A DNA stretch of 64,000 nt from Alphaproteobacteria bacterium (GTDB lineage Bacteria > Pseudomonadota > Alphaproteobacteria > CAAHEQ01 > UBA3637): contig JAFTSJ010000009.1 in NCBI GenBank assembly GCA_017467335.1, forward strand, positions 852 to 64,851, in the 5' to 3' direction. Position numbers and translations under genes: made by a program. This document shows positions 9,397 through 20,093 of this stretch, piece by piece. Numbering within the stretch: the stretch's first letter is position 1; every line of letters begins with the position of its first letter. The notes under the pieces are model-generated. The model was not told the DNA's origin. It saw nothing but the letters and a program-made list of their open reading frames with translations, and ran no database searches.

Positions 9397-11067
9397 ATGG
9401 CGGAAAAGAGTGTTTTTGATCAAATCAAGAAACAGAACGGTGAAAGTTTCGCAAAGGCAATTCGTACATACGATAATGGTATTTTTGATATTCCCAACAT
9501 TGTCAATATTGTAAAATATGCAGGTCGAGAAGCTGAACCGCTTATGCAGTACCTAATTTCATTGAAAAAAATCAAAATAGAAGATGTTGAAGAAGTTAAG
9601 GATCCTTTTGAATTGTTGTCCGATGCCGGTTATGATGCCTATTATGCGACTAACCTTAATGAACAAAATCGGATTTCAAAATATTTTGAACCGAATGAAA
9701 TGCTATGTACGTTTCGTGACCCAAGCAGATTCCAAAGATATCATATTATCAATGCTGTTAAAAAAAATGTTTCGGAGATTAAAAGAGAAGATTTTAGAGG
9801 TAAAGAACAAAGAGAAGATGCTTATGGAACAAGTGTTATATCTATTCAGGTTGCAATGCAAGGAGGATTTATTTCAATCAAAAATAGATACAATCACTCT
9901 ATCTCGAATCCAGATAACACATTTAACAGTAATCCGGACAACATTATCAAAGGACTATCAAATTCTTTAAAAAAATATCTTCAAGTTGATTTTTCTTCTT
10001 CTAATGTTTCTCTTCCTAACAATTTTGTCAATATCAACAATCAAATTGTTCGATATCACATAGAAGAAAATAATGTTTATTTCGCCGATAGTTATTATGC
10101 TAAAGACGGAAACATTTTCCCATTAAATAAAGATAATGAATTGATGTTGGATACATGTATATTAAACATTAAAAATCGTACACTGTATGATCCAAGTTGT
10201 TGCCTGGAACCAATATCAATAGACAATATTCAAGAAAAAAGTGGTAGTTTTGTGAGTGTGTTAGCTCATGAATTAAAAGGCAAGAGTCTACAAATTGTAA
10301 AAAGCAAAGATGGCGGACACAGTGTTTTTGCAAATGGAAAAACAATTATCAGTGTGAAAAATGGAGAAATTACAGCCTTAAATCTGCCAAATACAACAAT
10401 AGTGGGTGATGATTTCTTGCGAAACAATAAAGCCTTACAAATCCTTAATGCACAGAACTTAACAATAGTGGGGAATAATTTCTTGTATCGCAATGAAAAC
10501 TTACAAATCCTTAATACACCGAACTTAATAAAGGTGGGGGATAATTTTTTGTGGTTCAACAAAATCTTACACACCCTTAATGCACAGAACTTAACAATAG
10601 TGGGGAATGATTTCTTGCATCACAATGAAACCTTACAAATCCTTAATACGCCAAACTTAACAAAGGTGGGGGATGGTTTCTTGTGGTTCAACAAAATCTT
10701 ACACACCCTTAATGCGCAGAACTTAACAATAGTGGGGAATGATTTCTTGCGGTGCAACAAAATGTTTAAAACCCTTGATATGCATAAGTTAACAACGGTG
10801 GGTTGTTGTTTCTTACAGAGCAACAAAATCTTACAAATCCTTAATGCACAGAACTTAACAACGGTTGGAGATTATTTCTTGTGGTTCAACGAAAACTTAC
10901 AAATCCTTAATACACCGAAGTTAAAACGGATAGGCAAAATATCTTCCACACTCAAAGCTCTTTTGCAGAAAGCTCAAACTAGAAATCCATCTAACAATAA
11001 AAAATTGAATATACATAAAAAAAACACTGTAACAATATCAGTTACTCGTAGAAAAAACACTCGATAA
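9397..11067 (+). CDS. leucine-rich repeat protein with unknown N-terminal domain
   Basis: 556 aa with an AAAGGAG RBS. The C-terminal half has about 8.5 tandem 22-aa units LxxLNxxNLxxVGxxFLxxNxx. The N-terminal ~325 aa has no motif I recognise. Confidence 0.85.
   Translation: MAEKSVFDQIKKQNGESFAKAIRTYDNGIFDIPNIVNIVKYAGREAEPLMQYLISLKKIKIEDVEEVKDPFELLSDAGYDAYYATNLNEQNRISKYFEPNEMLCTFRDPSRFQRYHIINAVKKNVSEIKREDFRGKEQREDAYGTSVISIQVAMQGGFISIKNRYNHSISNPDNTFNSNPDNIIKGLSNSLKKYLQVDFSSSNVSLPNNFVNINNQIVRYHIEENNVYFADSYYAKDGNIFPLNKDNELMLDTCILNIKNRTLYDPSCCLEPISIDNIQEKSGSFVSVLAHELKGKSLQIVKSKDGGHSVFANGKTIISVKNGEITALNLPNTTIVGDDFLRNNKALQILNAQNLTIVGNNFLYRNENLQILNTPNLIKVGDNFLWFNKILHTLNAQNLTIVGNDFLHHNETLQILNTPNLTKVGDGFLWFNKILHTLNAQNLTIVGNDFLRCNKMFKTLDMHKLTTVGCCFLQSNKILQILNAQNLTTVGDYFLWFNENLQILNTPKLKRIGKISSTLKALLQKAQTRNPSNNKKLNIHKKNTVTISVTRRKNTR
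10369..10935 (+). repeat. in-frame tandem repeat, 66-bp unit (132-bp super-unit), encoding the LRRs
   Basis: Near-identical blocks recur, for example CTTAATGCACAGAACTTAACAATAGTGGGGAAT at ~10444, ~10576, ~10708 and, with two substitutions, ~10840. Confidence 0.85.
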
Positions 11068-11077
11068 ACTTAAAAAT

Positions 11078-11188
11078 CTGCATTTCCCAAATAGATTTCA
11101 AAGACAATGATGACTTTTACCCGATTAATTGGATAAGATAATTGGCTTTTTACCCGTTTGGATTTGATTTTTTCCCAAGTGGTTTTAT
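11078..11188 (+). repeat. direct repeat copy 2 (expanded)
   Basis: It starts CTGCATTTCCCAAATAGATTT and ends with the same 23-mer GATTTTTTCCCAAGTGGTTTTAT (11166-11188, identical to 9151-9173). Internally it reiterates TTTACCCG..TTGGAT three times. Confidence 0.7.
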
Positions 11189-11248
11189 TAAGGTCGTACG
11201 GATGTTTTAGTGGTTGTAAATCTTTGAAGCAAACTGTTCTATTTCTAT

Positions 11249-11282
11249 AAAAAAAAGCCTTCTGAAATGAAGGCCTTTTTTC
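11249..11282. terminator. bidirectional terminator hairpin
   Basis: A8-GCCTTC-TGAAAT-GAAGGC-CT7, between the convergent LRR gene and ORF 11299-11796. Confidence 0.65.
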
Positions 11283-11298
11283 TATACAATAAAAATAT

Positions 11299-11796
11299 TT
11301 ACTGATTAATATGTTCTAATCGAGCTATTGAAAGCCATTTACCCATATTCATTGTAGTACCGACTTTTACATCGCCAAGATTTTTTCTTTGTGTCATATT
11401 TTTAACTGAAGTTGGAGCATAACCAATATATTCAACTGTTTCAGGATTATTATCTGTATCCAATAAAAAACAATCACAATCTTTCGGCTGTTTAGCATAC
11501 TTAATATCAACACATGTCATTTGAGTATTGTCTTTTACATCATTGACAAGGTAATTTGCACATAATGTCCCAATCAAAAACAATCCGGTAACAATTCCAA
11601 ATTTTTTTGCTTTTGATAAAGCAAATGGATATTCGTATATATAACTTGTATGGCCACGCCATGTATCAGCATCTCTAATCGTCTTGTTTTTATGATGATA
11701 TGCTGCTGCACCTAACTGATAAAGTGTTGCTGTGGCTGTGGCACTCAAGCCTATCATAGATGTTGTTCTTAATAATTCAAGTGTTGAAAATTCCAT
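11299..11796 (-). CDS. hypothetical membrane-associated protein
   Basis: 165-aa ORF with an AAGGAGAAAAAAC RBS region and one clear hydrophobic helix (FGIVTGLFLIGTLCANYL). No recognisable domain. Confidence 0.55.
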   Translation of the reverse strand: MEFSTLELLRTTSMIGLSATATATLYQLGAAAYHHKNKTIRDADTWRGHTSYIYEYPFALSKAKKFGIVTGLFLIGTLCANYLVNDVKDNTQMTCVDIKYAKQPKDCDCFLLDTDNNPETVEYIGYAPTSVKNMTQRKNLGDVKVGTTMNMGKWLSIARLEHINQ

Positions 11797-12242
11797 GTTT
11801 TTTCTCCTTATCTATTATCTATGTTAGGTATGGTATCATGCCCCAGTTTTTTTGTCAAGTCTTTTTTTATTTGTCTTGATTTTTTTCTATAACGATATAA
11901 AAGGTTCCTGCTTTTTTAACCGAACGGATTTTAAATCTTTAAACTCTCTACAGTATCGGATAATATCTGACCGGCAATATAGGTTAAATTATATTTAATC
12001 TTTTACCTTGTTGTACTTTTTTGTGAGCGTAATGAAAAAAGTATGACAGGGTCGTATTTAGATAAAAAATAATACTACCTTGAAAGAATTTTTAAATATA
12101 ACATGCCATTCTTAAATGCTAAACGATAACAACTCAAAAAATTCACCCATTTGTTAACGTATTTATAAACAAAATATCCGGCGTGTGAAAAAAGATAATA
12201 TTTATGATTGTTCATTATCTTTCTGTTGAAATTTAGAGTCTG

Positions 12243-13538
12243 TTAATTTTCAGGCAGGGCTAAAATATCTTGGGCATGTTGATAAGAAACAGATTTCGGC
12301 GAAAGTGTTTTGATTGCTTTTTGAGCCATGCGTTTTGCATTTTTCATATCTCCCATTGTACGATAATATTCGGCCATAACATATGGGATTTCTTTTGTTT
12401 GTCCCGTTATTTGATAGGCAGTTGCCAATAATTTCCAAGCATAAGGTGTTTCTTTTTCTTTCAATAACACGTATTTTAAATGAGGAATGGCCTTTTGGGC
12501 GTTTTGAACAGTTTGCTGTTCCAATAAAGCTTGCCCCAAAGATAAACGCATTAACGGAGCATTTGGCATTAAATCAATGGCTTTTTGGTAATAAAAAATC
12601 GCCTTATCTAACTGACCGGTTTCCAAATAAAATTGACCTTTTAACTCATAAAAGTAAGGATAGTTGTTTTTTTCGTTAATTACGCTATCAAGTAATAAGT
12701 GAGCCTCATCAAATCGATGTAGGCGATATAAGGCAATTGTTCGGGCATAGCGTCCGACAAGAGAGTTATCTTTTTGATATAGACGTAAAGTTCGATTGGG
12801 ATCATTTAAAAAACCAATCAGTTTTGCCTTTATCAATTCGAAACGAATATCAGTATGTACCGGTAGTGAATTTTGAGTAAAGCGAGCCAATGCTTTTAGT
12901 CTGTCCCGAGAAATAGGATGTGTTCGAATATAGGAAAAATCATCTCCTGAAGAAAGCCGTTCTTGAGCCTGAATCAAATTCATGGTATTTTCAAACCCTT
13001 TCATCGAATAACGAGTTTTATTCATAATGTCAACGGCAATGCGGTCTGCTGAACTTTCTTCTGTTTGACGGTAAGCAGAAAAAATATTAACAGCAGATGA
13101 TGTTCCTCCCATCATAACAGCCAATCCGGCATCAGGACGACCGGCAATAGCAACCAAACCACCTAATATTGTTGAAATAAGGGCCGTTGTTTGTGCGTTA
13201 TCATAAATATTCATTCCCCGAACAACATGTCCGCCGACAATGTGACCTGTTTCATGCGATAAAACAAATATCAAATCATCAACGTATTTTGATTGCGTAA
13301 TCAGACCGGTATGAACAAAAATAGTTTGTCCGCCCGCAACAAAAGCGTTAACGGATTCGTCATTAACTAAAACAACTTGAGCATTATCCGGATTTAAACC
13401 GGCTGCATTAAAAATACGCCGTACATAGTTCACTAAGACAGATTCAATTTCCGTATCTCTGATAACAGATATGGCATGAGCCGAAATGTGTGTGAAAGTA
13501 ATACACAAAAAAATAAAAAAATAAAGAATACGCAACAT
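12243..13538 (-). CDS. M48 family metalloprotease with C-terminal TPR repeats (BepA/YfgC-like)
   Basis: Signal peptide, HETGHIVGGH (HExxH), and TPR-like repeats in the C-terminal half. Confidence 0.85.
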   Translation of the reverse strand: MLRILYFFIFLCITFTHISAHAISVIRDTEIESVLVNYVRRIFNAAGLNPDNAQVVLVNDESVNAFVAGGQTIFVHTGLITQSKYVDDLIFVLSHETGHIVGGHVVRGMNIYDNAQTTALISTILGGLVAIAGRPDAGLAVMMGGTSSAVNIFSAYRQTEESSADRIAVDIMNKTRYSMKGFENTMNLIQAQERLSSGDDFSYIRTHPISRDRLKALARFTQNSLPVHTDIRFELIKAKLIGFLNDPNRTLRLYQKDNSLVGRYARTIALYRLHRFDEAHLLLDSVINEKNNYPYFYELKGQFYLETGQLDKAIFYYQKAIDLMPNAPLMRLSLGQALLEQQTVQNAQKAIPHLKYVLLKEKETPYAWKLLATAYQITGQTKEIPYVMAEYYRTMGDMKNAKRMAQKAIKTLSPKSVSYQHAQDILALPEN

Positions 13539-13672
13539 ATCAACTCCTTTAATGTTAGTGTAGTTGAAAAAGATGTTAACGTCAATTTATTCCGGAAAAA
13601 AAATAAAAAAAACGAAACAACCCTTGACAAAATAATGAAAATTTAGTGAAATACAAACAAAGGAAAAAGTCT

Positions 13673-14164
13673 ATGAAGTTAACAGTTGAAAATCGTGAAG
13701 TTTTAGCCGGCAGTATTTTAGTTGTTTTGTTGGGCTTTATTTTGATGTTTGTTCATTCAAAATCGGCTATTGAAAAAAATGATGATGCCTTTTTTTTAAT
13801 GGCACCTTTTTCTAAAACGGATGGTCTTTTAAATGGGGCTGACGTACGTGTTGCCGGTATTAAAGTCGGTCGTGTTGTTGAACAAACATTAAAAGACGGA
13901 TTTCGTGTTTATGTAAAAATCAGTTTTAATCGTCCTGTCGAATTGTCAGCAGATTCATCGGCAGTTATTGAAACAGATGGTTTATTAGGTGGTAAATATT
14001 TGGAAATTGTGCCTGGGGCTGATGAAGAAATTTTAAAATCGGGCGATGAGTTAACATATACGCAAGATGCTCTTATTTTAACGGAGTTAATGGATAAGGT
14101 AAATGCGTATATGCGTGAAAAAAAGAATATTGAAGAACAAAGTGATGAAAAGGATAGTCAATGA
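13673..14164 (+). CDS. mlaD: MlaD/MCE-domain protein (copy 1)
   Basis: N-terminal TM anchor, then GLLNGADVRVAGIKVGRV and an MCE fold pattern. ATG at 13673 follows AAAGGAAAAAG; the ORF is open from GTG 13646. Confidence 0.8.
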   Translation: MKLTVENREVLAGSILVVLLGFILMFVHSKSAIEKNDDAFFLMAPFSKTDGLLNGADVRVAGIKVGRVVEQTLKDGFRVYVKISFNRPVELSADSSAVIETDGLLGGKYLEIVPGADEEILKSGDELTYTQDALILTELMDKVNAYMREKKNIEEQSDEKDSQ

Positions 14165-14604
14165 AAAAGAATCCGGTTGAAACAATTTTAGGATTTTGCG
14201 TTTTAATTTTTGCCGGCGTTTTTTTATTTTTTGCCGCTTCAAAGGTGGATACAAAAACTGTTAAAGGTTATCAAATAACGGCTAATTTTATGAAAATCGG
14301 TGGGTTGGAAGTTGGGGCAGATGTTCGTATTTCCGGTATCAAAGTCGGATCTGTTTTATCGGCTCAATTAAATCAAGACACGTATACGGCTGATGTGGTT
14401 TTAAGCATTGATAATGCTGTTCGATTGCCGATAGATACAGTTGCAGCCATTGCTGATGTAGGCGTTATGGGTGGAAAATATGTGCGTTTAAAACCCGGTA
14501 AAAGTAATGAAATATTAAAAAACAATGACTATATTTCTCAAACGGAAAATTATAAATCTTTGGAAGATAATATATCAGAATTTATTTTCTTATCGACACA
14601 ATAA
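14161..14604 (+). CDS. MlaD/MCE-domain protein (copy 2)
   Basis: ATGA overlap with copy 1. TM anchor plus GGLEVGADVRISGIKVGSV MCE motif. Confidence 0.8.
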   Translation: MKKNPVETILGFCVLIFAGVFLFFAASKVDTKTVKGYQITANFMKIGGLEVGADVRISGIKVGSVLSAQLNQDTYTADVVLSIDNAVRLPIDTVAAIADVGVMGGKYVRLKPGKSNEILKNNDYISQTENYKSLEDNISEFIFLSTQ

Positions 14605-14615
14605 AAGGATTTGAA

Positions 14616-15143
14616 ATGAAAAAAACGGTATTGGGATTGATATTATTGGTCGGATGTTTTTGGGCAACATCATCTGTCGGAGCCGATATTTCAACAACAC
14701 GCATGGTTTTGCGTGGGGTTGATAAAATAACGGGACGTGTTAGTACAATGACGGCCTCTGTCAATCAACCATTGACTTTTGGCACGTTGACTATCATTCC
14801 GGAACGGTGTTTAACAAAGCCTCAAGAAGAAATGCCGGAAAATGCTGTTTATTTACAAATTTACGAAACAGTTAAGGAATCCCCTCAAAAACAGATTTTT
14901 AAAGGATGGATGTTTTCATCTAATCCGGCATTATCCGCATTAGAACATCCGATTTATGATGTTTGGTTATTACATTGTGTTAATCAAGATATTATGGAAA
15001 ATTTAGTTCAACCTATGCCGATTACACGGGAAATGGATTTGCATTTGATTGCTGATGATGATAATCCGGCCTTTGCAATTGAAGCTGAAAAAAATGAACA
15101 GGGACATGTACCTTCATCAGAAAAATCCATGTTAGAAGAATAA
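14616..15143 (+). CDS. DUF2155-like periplasmic protein
   Basis: Signal peptide. LRGVDKITGRVSTMTASVNQPLTFGTLTIIPERCLTKPQEEMPENAVYLQI resembles the alphaproteobacterial DUF2155 family. This assignment is from memory and not verified. Confidence 0.5.
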   Translation: MKKTVLGLILLVGCFWATSSVGADISTTRMVLRGVDKITGRVSTMTASVNQPLTFGTLTIIPERCLTKPQEEMPENAVYLQIYETVKESPQKQIFKGWMFSSNPALSALEHPIYDVWLLHCVNQDIMENLVQPMPITREMDLHLIADDDNPAFAIEAEKNEQGHVPSSEKSMLEE

Positions 15144-15168
15144 TTTTTTCTTTTATTTGTTTTATAAT

Positions 15169-15210
15169 ATAAACGGTTTATTTTTAACTAAAATAAACCG
15201 TTTATTTAGG
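15169..15210 (+). terminator. rho-independent terminator after the mlaD cluster
   Basis: ATAAACGGTTTATTTT / AAAATAAACCGTTTAT long AT-rich hairpin followed by TTT. Confidence 0.55.
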
Positions 15211-15601
15211 GAATCGAAAATATATCGGCAACATCAACATTAAAATAATTAGTAGAAGCACCAAAATTTTTCTTTAACTTTTCCCTCATCACAGACAGGA
15301 GTATCACTTCCTTGTGATAGAGTGTGATATTTCTTTTATATGAGATATATTTCTTTTATCATTATAGAAGTATTAAATCTCCTTTGAGTTATTGTGGGGC
15401 AGGGATGACAGATTGTGCTAAACCCTCGAAAGTCCCTTTTTTCATTATATCATTTCCTTTCGTTATACTGAATTTATTTCAGCATCTCATCGAGTTATAG
15501 CAGGGCATTATATCGTCAAGAGACCCTAAACTGAATTTCGAGTGATGGTAAAAACCGTTTAGAGACATGGCAAGGCATTGTATTATTAAATTTATGATGA
15601 T

Positions 15602-15633
15602 AAAAAAACGGAAGAAATTTTCTTCCGTTTTTT
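15602..15633. terminator. bidirectional terminator hairpin (downstream of the RND pump gene)
   Basis: A7-CGGAAGAAA-TTT-TCTTCCG-T6. Confidence 0.75.
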
Positions 15634-15640
15634 GTAAAAA

Positions 15641-18600
15641 CTATTTTTTACGCTTACGGCGTTCCCATAGTTTTTCGGTTTTGTTTCCTTTTGATACACG
15701 TTCAACCATGATTTGGAAAACAACGTATAATGCCGGAATAAAGAAAATACCGATAAACGATGATACAGCCAATCCACCAAAGATAGACGTACCAATGGCT
15801 TGTCGAGCCATAGCACCTGGTCCTTGGGCAATATACAAAGGCCAGAAGCCAAGTAAGGCTGCGATTGCTGTCATCATAATCGCACGGAAACGCATATTGG
15901 CTCCATTGACAGCTGCTTCTTTAATAGAAACACCTCGTTCATGTTCATCTTTGGCAAATTCTACCATCAAAATAGCATTTTTAGCCGCCAAAGCAATTAA
16001 CACGATAATACCTGCTTGTGCATACAAGTCATTTGTAATACCTCGACCCCACAAGAAAATCATTGAGCCGAACAAACCGACAATGATGGATACCATAACG
16101 GAAACAGGAATAACCCAACTTTCGTATAAAGCAACCAAAAACAGGTAAGCAAATAAAAACGCCATAGCGAAAATCATTGCCGTTTGGTCACCGGCCGATT
16201 GTTCTTGTAAACTCATCCCCGTCCATTGAAATTGATAACCAGCCGGTAAGATTTTATCTGATAATTCTTCCATGGCTTGCATGGCGGAACCGGAACTTAA
16301 ACCCAATGCAGGAGAAGCCGTAATTTTGATAGAACGATAATTATTATAGCGTTGAATGTTTTGAGCCCCAATTGTACGTTTAACAGTAATTAAAGAACGT
16401 AACGGAACCATTTCACCTTTATTATTACGGATATTTATTTTGTAAATATCTTCTAATGTTCGCCGTTCCATAACATCACCTTGAACATTAACTTGCCATG
16501 TTCGACCGTATAAGTTAAAGTCGTTGATATATGTTCCACCTAACATTGTTTGCATTGTATTATAGATTTCTGAAATTTCTACCCCGAGAGCATAGGCTTT
16601 TTGACGATTAACGGAAACATCAACTCGAGGTGAGTCAACCGTATAAAGTGTCATAACCCGTCCTAAACGAGGATCTTTATTGGCAGCACTAATCAATTGA
16701 TGAGCAACTCCCAATAATTCTTCCGGAGAAGCCCCTTGCGTACTTTGTAAGATATATTCAGCATCAGATGTCATACTGATACCCATGATAGCCGGCATGT
16801 TAAAAGGAATCATACGGGCTTCTTTAATATCCATTGTCGCCATAGCTACTTTGTTAATAACATTGTCCACATCTTGCCCTTTTTGAGTACGTTCGGCATA
16901 TGGTTTTAAATGAATAACAAAGAACCCACTGGATGAAGATTGTGTCCCACTCATAATACCGTAACCGGTAATTGCCATGTAGGCATCTATTTCCGGAATT
17001 TTTTCAAAGCGTTTTGCAACTTCTGCCATAACTTTTTGTGTTCTGTTCCAAGAAGCACCGGATGGTAATTGAATTTCCATCATGAATGCCCCTTGGTCTT
17101 CGGCAGGTAAGAAACCGCTTGGTGTTATTTTTAAAAATGAAAAAGCCGCAATCCCAAATAAAATGATAGCTCCAATGGACAAAACAGCAATCGGCATTGT
17201 TTTTTGAATAATGCGTGTATAACCGTTTCTAAACCATTCAACAACATTCATACACATTTGAACCCATTTAAACGGCTTATCATTTGCCCGCATAATTACA
17301 GCAGCGATAGCCGGACTTAATGTTAATGAGTTAATCCCTGAAATAACCATGGCCGAGGCAATGGCAATCGCAAATTGTTGATACAATAAACCTGAAATAC
17401 CGGGGGTAAAAGCAACCGGAACGAATACAGCTAACAAAACAAGCGTAATAGCAATAATCGGTGCCGTAATACGTCCCATTGATTTTGAAACGGCTTCTTG
17501 TGGTGATAATTTCGGATTTTCGTGCATAACCGTTTCAACGTCTTCTACGACCACAATTGCGTCATCAACAACAATCCCAATTGCTAAAACAAGAGCCAAT
17601 AAAGAAATTGTATTTGCTGTAACACCAAAAAGAGCCATACCGACAAAAGCCCCGATTAAAGAAACGGGAATAGCCAATGTTGGAATAATTGTGGCACGAA
17701 TCGTCCCCAAGAAAAGGTATGTAACCAACACAATTAAGGCGAATGCTTCGAAAATAGTTTGGAAAATTTCCTTCATTGAATCGGTAACAAATTCGGCGTT
17801 ATCAAACATCGTATTAAATTCAATATCCTGAGGCATTTTTTTCTTTAATTCGGCAATTTTTTGACGAACGGCCCGAGATACATCAACCGCATTTGAACCG
17901 GGGGATTGGAAAATCGCAAATCCAACGGCTTGACGACCGTTGTAAGTTGAACGCATAGATTCGGATTCAGAACCTAATTCAATACGGGCAATATCCTTTA
18001 AGAATAAATATGAACCGTCAGCATTAGCTCGAATAACGATTTGTCCAAATTCTTCCGGTGTTGTTAGCCGTCCTTGCGTTGTTAAAGAAAATTGAAATTG
18101 CTGATCGGCAGTTGATGGCATAACCCCGATACGACCGATAGACCCTTGTAAGTTTTGTCCCTTAATGGCAGCTAAAACATCGTTTGTTGATAATTTCAAA
18201 CTTTTTAACTTATCATTATTCAACCAAATACGCATGGAATAATCTAATGTTGAAAATATTTGAACATCACCAACGCCATTTGTGCGGGCAATTTCATCTT
18301 TAACATTGATTAAAACGTAATTGGTTAAAAACACGTCATCATAATCCGGATTGGTTGATGAAACCGTGAATACCTGTAACATGGAAGACATCTTTGATTG
18401 AACAACAACCCCCATGTTGATTACTTCTGCCGGTAATTTGTTTTCAACTTGTTTTAATCTGTTTTGAACGTTAACTGCTGCAATATTCGGATCAGTTCCG
18501 ATATTGAATGTAACCGTTAAATTGTAAGATCCGTCATCACTACTGGTAGAATTCATATATAACATATCTTCTACGCCGTTAACAACGGATTCAATTTGTT

Positions 18601-18790
18601 GAGCTACCGTTGATTCAACAACGTCAGCACTTGCACCGGGGTATTGAGCCGTAACGGAAACCGAAGGTGGGACAATATTCGGATATTGTTCCACGGGCAT
18701 TGCCTTTAAGCACAACCAACCGGCTAATACAATGACAATCGAAATAACAGATGCCAATCGTGGCCGTTTAATAAACACATCTGAAATCAT
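15641..18790 (-). CDS. RND efflux transporter, AcrB/MexB family
   Basis: 1049 aa with a typical N-terminus ([19 protein letters not shown]) and 12-TM/large periplasmic loop architecture. AAGGAG RBS. Confidence 0.92.
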   Translation of the reverse strand: MISDVFIKRPRLASVISIVIVLAGWLCLKAMPVEQYPNIVPPSVSVTAQYPGASADVVESTVAQQIESVVNGVEDMLYMNSTSSDDGSYNLTVTFNIGTDPNIAAVNVQNRLKQVENKLPAEVINMGVVVQSKMSSMLQVFTVSSTNPDYDDVFLTNYVLINVKDEIARTNGVGDVQIFSTLDYSMRIWLNNDKLKSLKLSTNDVLAAIKGQNLQGSIGRIGVMPSTADQQFQFSLTTQGRLTTPEEFGQIVIRANADGSYLFLKDIARIELGSESESMRSTYNGRQAVGFAIFQSPGSNAVDVSRAVRQKIAELKKKMPQDIEFNTMFDNAEFVTDSMKEIFQTIFEAFALIVLVTYLFLGTIRATIIPTLAIPVSLIGAFVGMALFGVTANTISLLALVLAIGIVVDDAIVVVEDVETVMHENPKLSPQEAVSKSMGRITAPIIAITLVLLAVFVPVAFTPGISGLLYQQFAIAIASAMVISGINSLTLSPAIAAVIMRANDKPFKWVQMCMNVVEWFRNGYTRIIQKTMPIAVLSIGAIILFGIAAFSFLKITPSGFLPAEDQGAFMMEIQLPSGASWNRTQKVMAEVAKRFEKIPEIDAYMAITGYGIMSGTQSSSSGFFVIHLKPYAERTQKGQDVDNVINKVAMATMDIKEARMIPFNMPAIMGISMTSDAEYILQSTQGASPEELLGVAHQLISAANKDPRLGRVMTLYTVDSPRVDVSVNRQKAYALGVEISEIYNTMQTMLGGTYINDFNLYGRTWQVNVQGDVMERRTLEDIYKINIRNNKGEMVPLRSLITVKRTIGAQNIQRYNNYRSIKITASPALGLSSGSAMQAMEELSDKILPAGYQFQWTGMSLQEQSAGDQTAMIFAMAFLFAYLFLVALYESWVIPVSVMVSIIVGLFGSMIFLWGRGITNDLYAQAGIIVLIALAAKNAILMVEFAKDEHERGVSIKEAAVNGANMRFRAIMMTAIAALLGFWPLYIAQGPGAMARQAIGTSIFGGLAVSSFIGIFFIPALYVVFQIMVERVSKGNKTEKLWERRKRKK

Positions 18791-18816
18791 TTTGATACTC
18801 CTTACTGCGATATAGA

Positions 18817-19983
18817 TTATTTCGGTTGTTCATTTGTTGGTTCAAATATCGGTTTAACAGTCATTTGAGGGGCAATTTTTTGGAAGCCTTCCGTTACAAT
18901 CGTATCGCCGACATTTAATCCGTCATCGATAACAACGTTAAACCCTTCCAGTTCGGTACCCCGAATAACTTCACGGCGAACAATTTGATTGTTGTTATCA
19001 ACTAAATAGACATACGTTCCCATCATATCTTGTTGCACCGCTTTCATTGGTATAACTATTTCCGGTTTGGCTTCTAAACTTTTTATCATGATTCGTCCGT
19101 ATTGACCGGAAATAAGTTCACCGTCTTTATTCGGGAACGAGGCTTTAATTTTTAATGTATTCATGGCTTCATCTAAGGTTACGTCAACAAAATCAATTTG
19201 TCCTTCTTGCTGATAAACGGTTCCGTCTGCTTTGATGAAATCAACGGCGACTTTACCTGATTTTGGAAAGTTTTTCTGTAAATTTAACATTTCATTTTCA
19301 CTGACGGAAAAAACGGCATCAATCGGATCAACTCGAACAACTTGTGCCAATGTATTAGAAGCAGGTCCGATTAACTCTCCGACAGAATAAGTCGATTCAC
19401 CGATTTTACCATCCATCGGAGAAACAATTGTTGTATATTCTAAATCCTTTTTAGCTAAATCCAATTTGGCTTTGGCTTGTTCCAAAGAGGCTTCGGCACT
19501 GTGATAAGCAGCTTGTGTTTCATCCAATTTAGCTTCGGAAACGTCTTTTGTTTTAAACAATGTTTTTGTTCTGTCAAATTGTGATTTTGCATTTTTAACT
19601 TGTGCTTCGGCTTTGGTTACATTGGCTTGTGCTTCCCGTACACTGGCTTCAAAATTGACCGGTTCGATAATAAATAACGGTTGACCTTCTTTAACCAAAT
19701 CCCCTTCTTGAAACAAACGTTGTTGTAAAAATCCTTGAACACGAGCCCGTAAACCAACCTTGTCCTTTGATTCAATTTTGGCAACAAAACTGCTTTGCGG
19801 ATAAATATCTTGTGTGTTCACTTTGACAACTTCAACGGCCGGAATGGGCATGTTTTGTTCCTGATTTTTTGTAAAATACTTATAACCCCAATACCCGATA
19901 GAACAAATGGCGATTGCCGTTATCGAAATAATCAGAATTTTTTTGTATTTTTTATCTTTTTTAGAAACTACTTTATGCGTCAT
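18817..19983 (-). CDS. RND efflux periplasmic adaptor (AcrA/MexA family)
   Basis: TM anchor, a coiled-coil hairpin ([21 protein letters not shown]...[15 protein letters not shown]) and a beta-barrel domain. GGAGAG RBS before the ATG at 19983; the ORF is open to 20100. Confidence 0.88.
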   Translation of the reverse strand: MTHKVVSKKDKKYKKILIISITAIAICSIGYWGYKYFTKNQEQNMPIPAVEVVKVNTQDIYPQSSFVAKIESKDKVGLRARVQGFLQQRLFQEGDLVKEGQPLFIIEPVNFEASVREAQANVTKAEAQVKNAKSQFDRTKTLFKTKDVSEAKLDETQAAYHSAEASLEQAKAKLDLAKKDLEYTTIVSPMDGKIGESTYSVGELIGPASNTLAQVVRVDPIDAVFSVSENEMLNLQKNFPKSGKVAVDFIKADGTVYQQEGQIDFVDVTLDEAMNTLKIKASFPNKDGELISGQYGRIMIKSLEAKPEIVIPMKAVQQDMMGTYVYLVDNNNQIVRREVIRGTELEGFNVVIDDGLNVGDTIVTEGFQKIAPQMTVKPIFEPTNEQPK

Positions 19984-20093
19984 TTTTCTCTCCTTCAATA
20001 GCAAAAATATGAAAAAGATGTAGCATTTTTTTTTCAAAAAGTCTATAATTATTTTTATAAAATGGGAAATTTTTTTGGATATAGGAGAACTGA

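Noticed and set aside
10369-10935. Regularly spaced near-identical ~30-40-nt blocks that superficially resemble a CRISPR array.
   Set aside because: The period is 66 bp with no unique spacers. The whole stretch is one open reading frame encoding canonical 22-aa leucine-rich repeats. It is a coding tandem repeat, not a CRISPR array.
15567-16148. 193-aa plus-strand ORF, and similar long antisense ORFs at 32532-32921, 36122-36802, 39154-39681, 50216-50644 and 26968-28026.
   Set aside because: All lie entirely antisense to, or out of frame within, genes with strong family identity (AcrB, RadA, MscK and others). Their translations are low-complexity with no RBS, so they are shadow ORFs.
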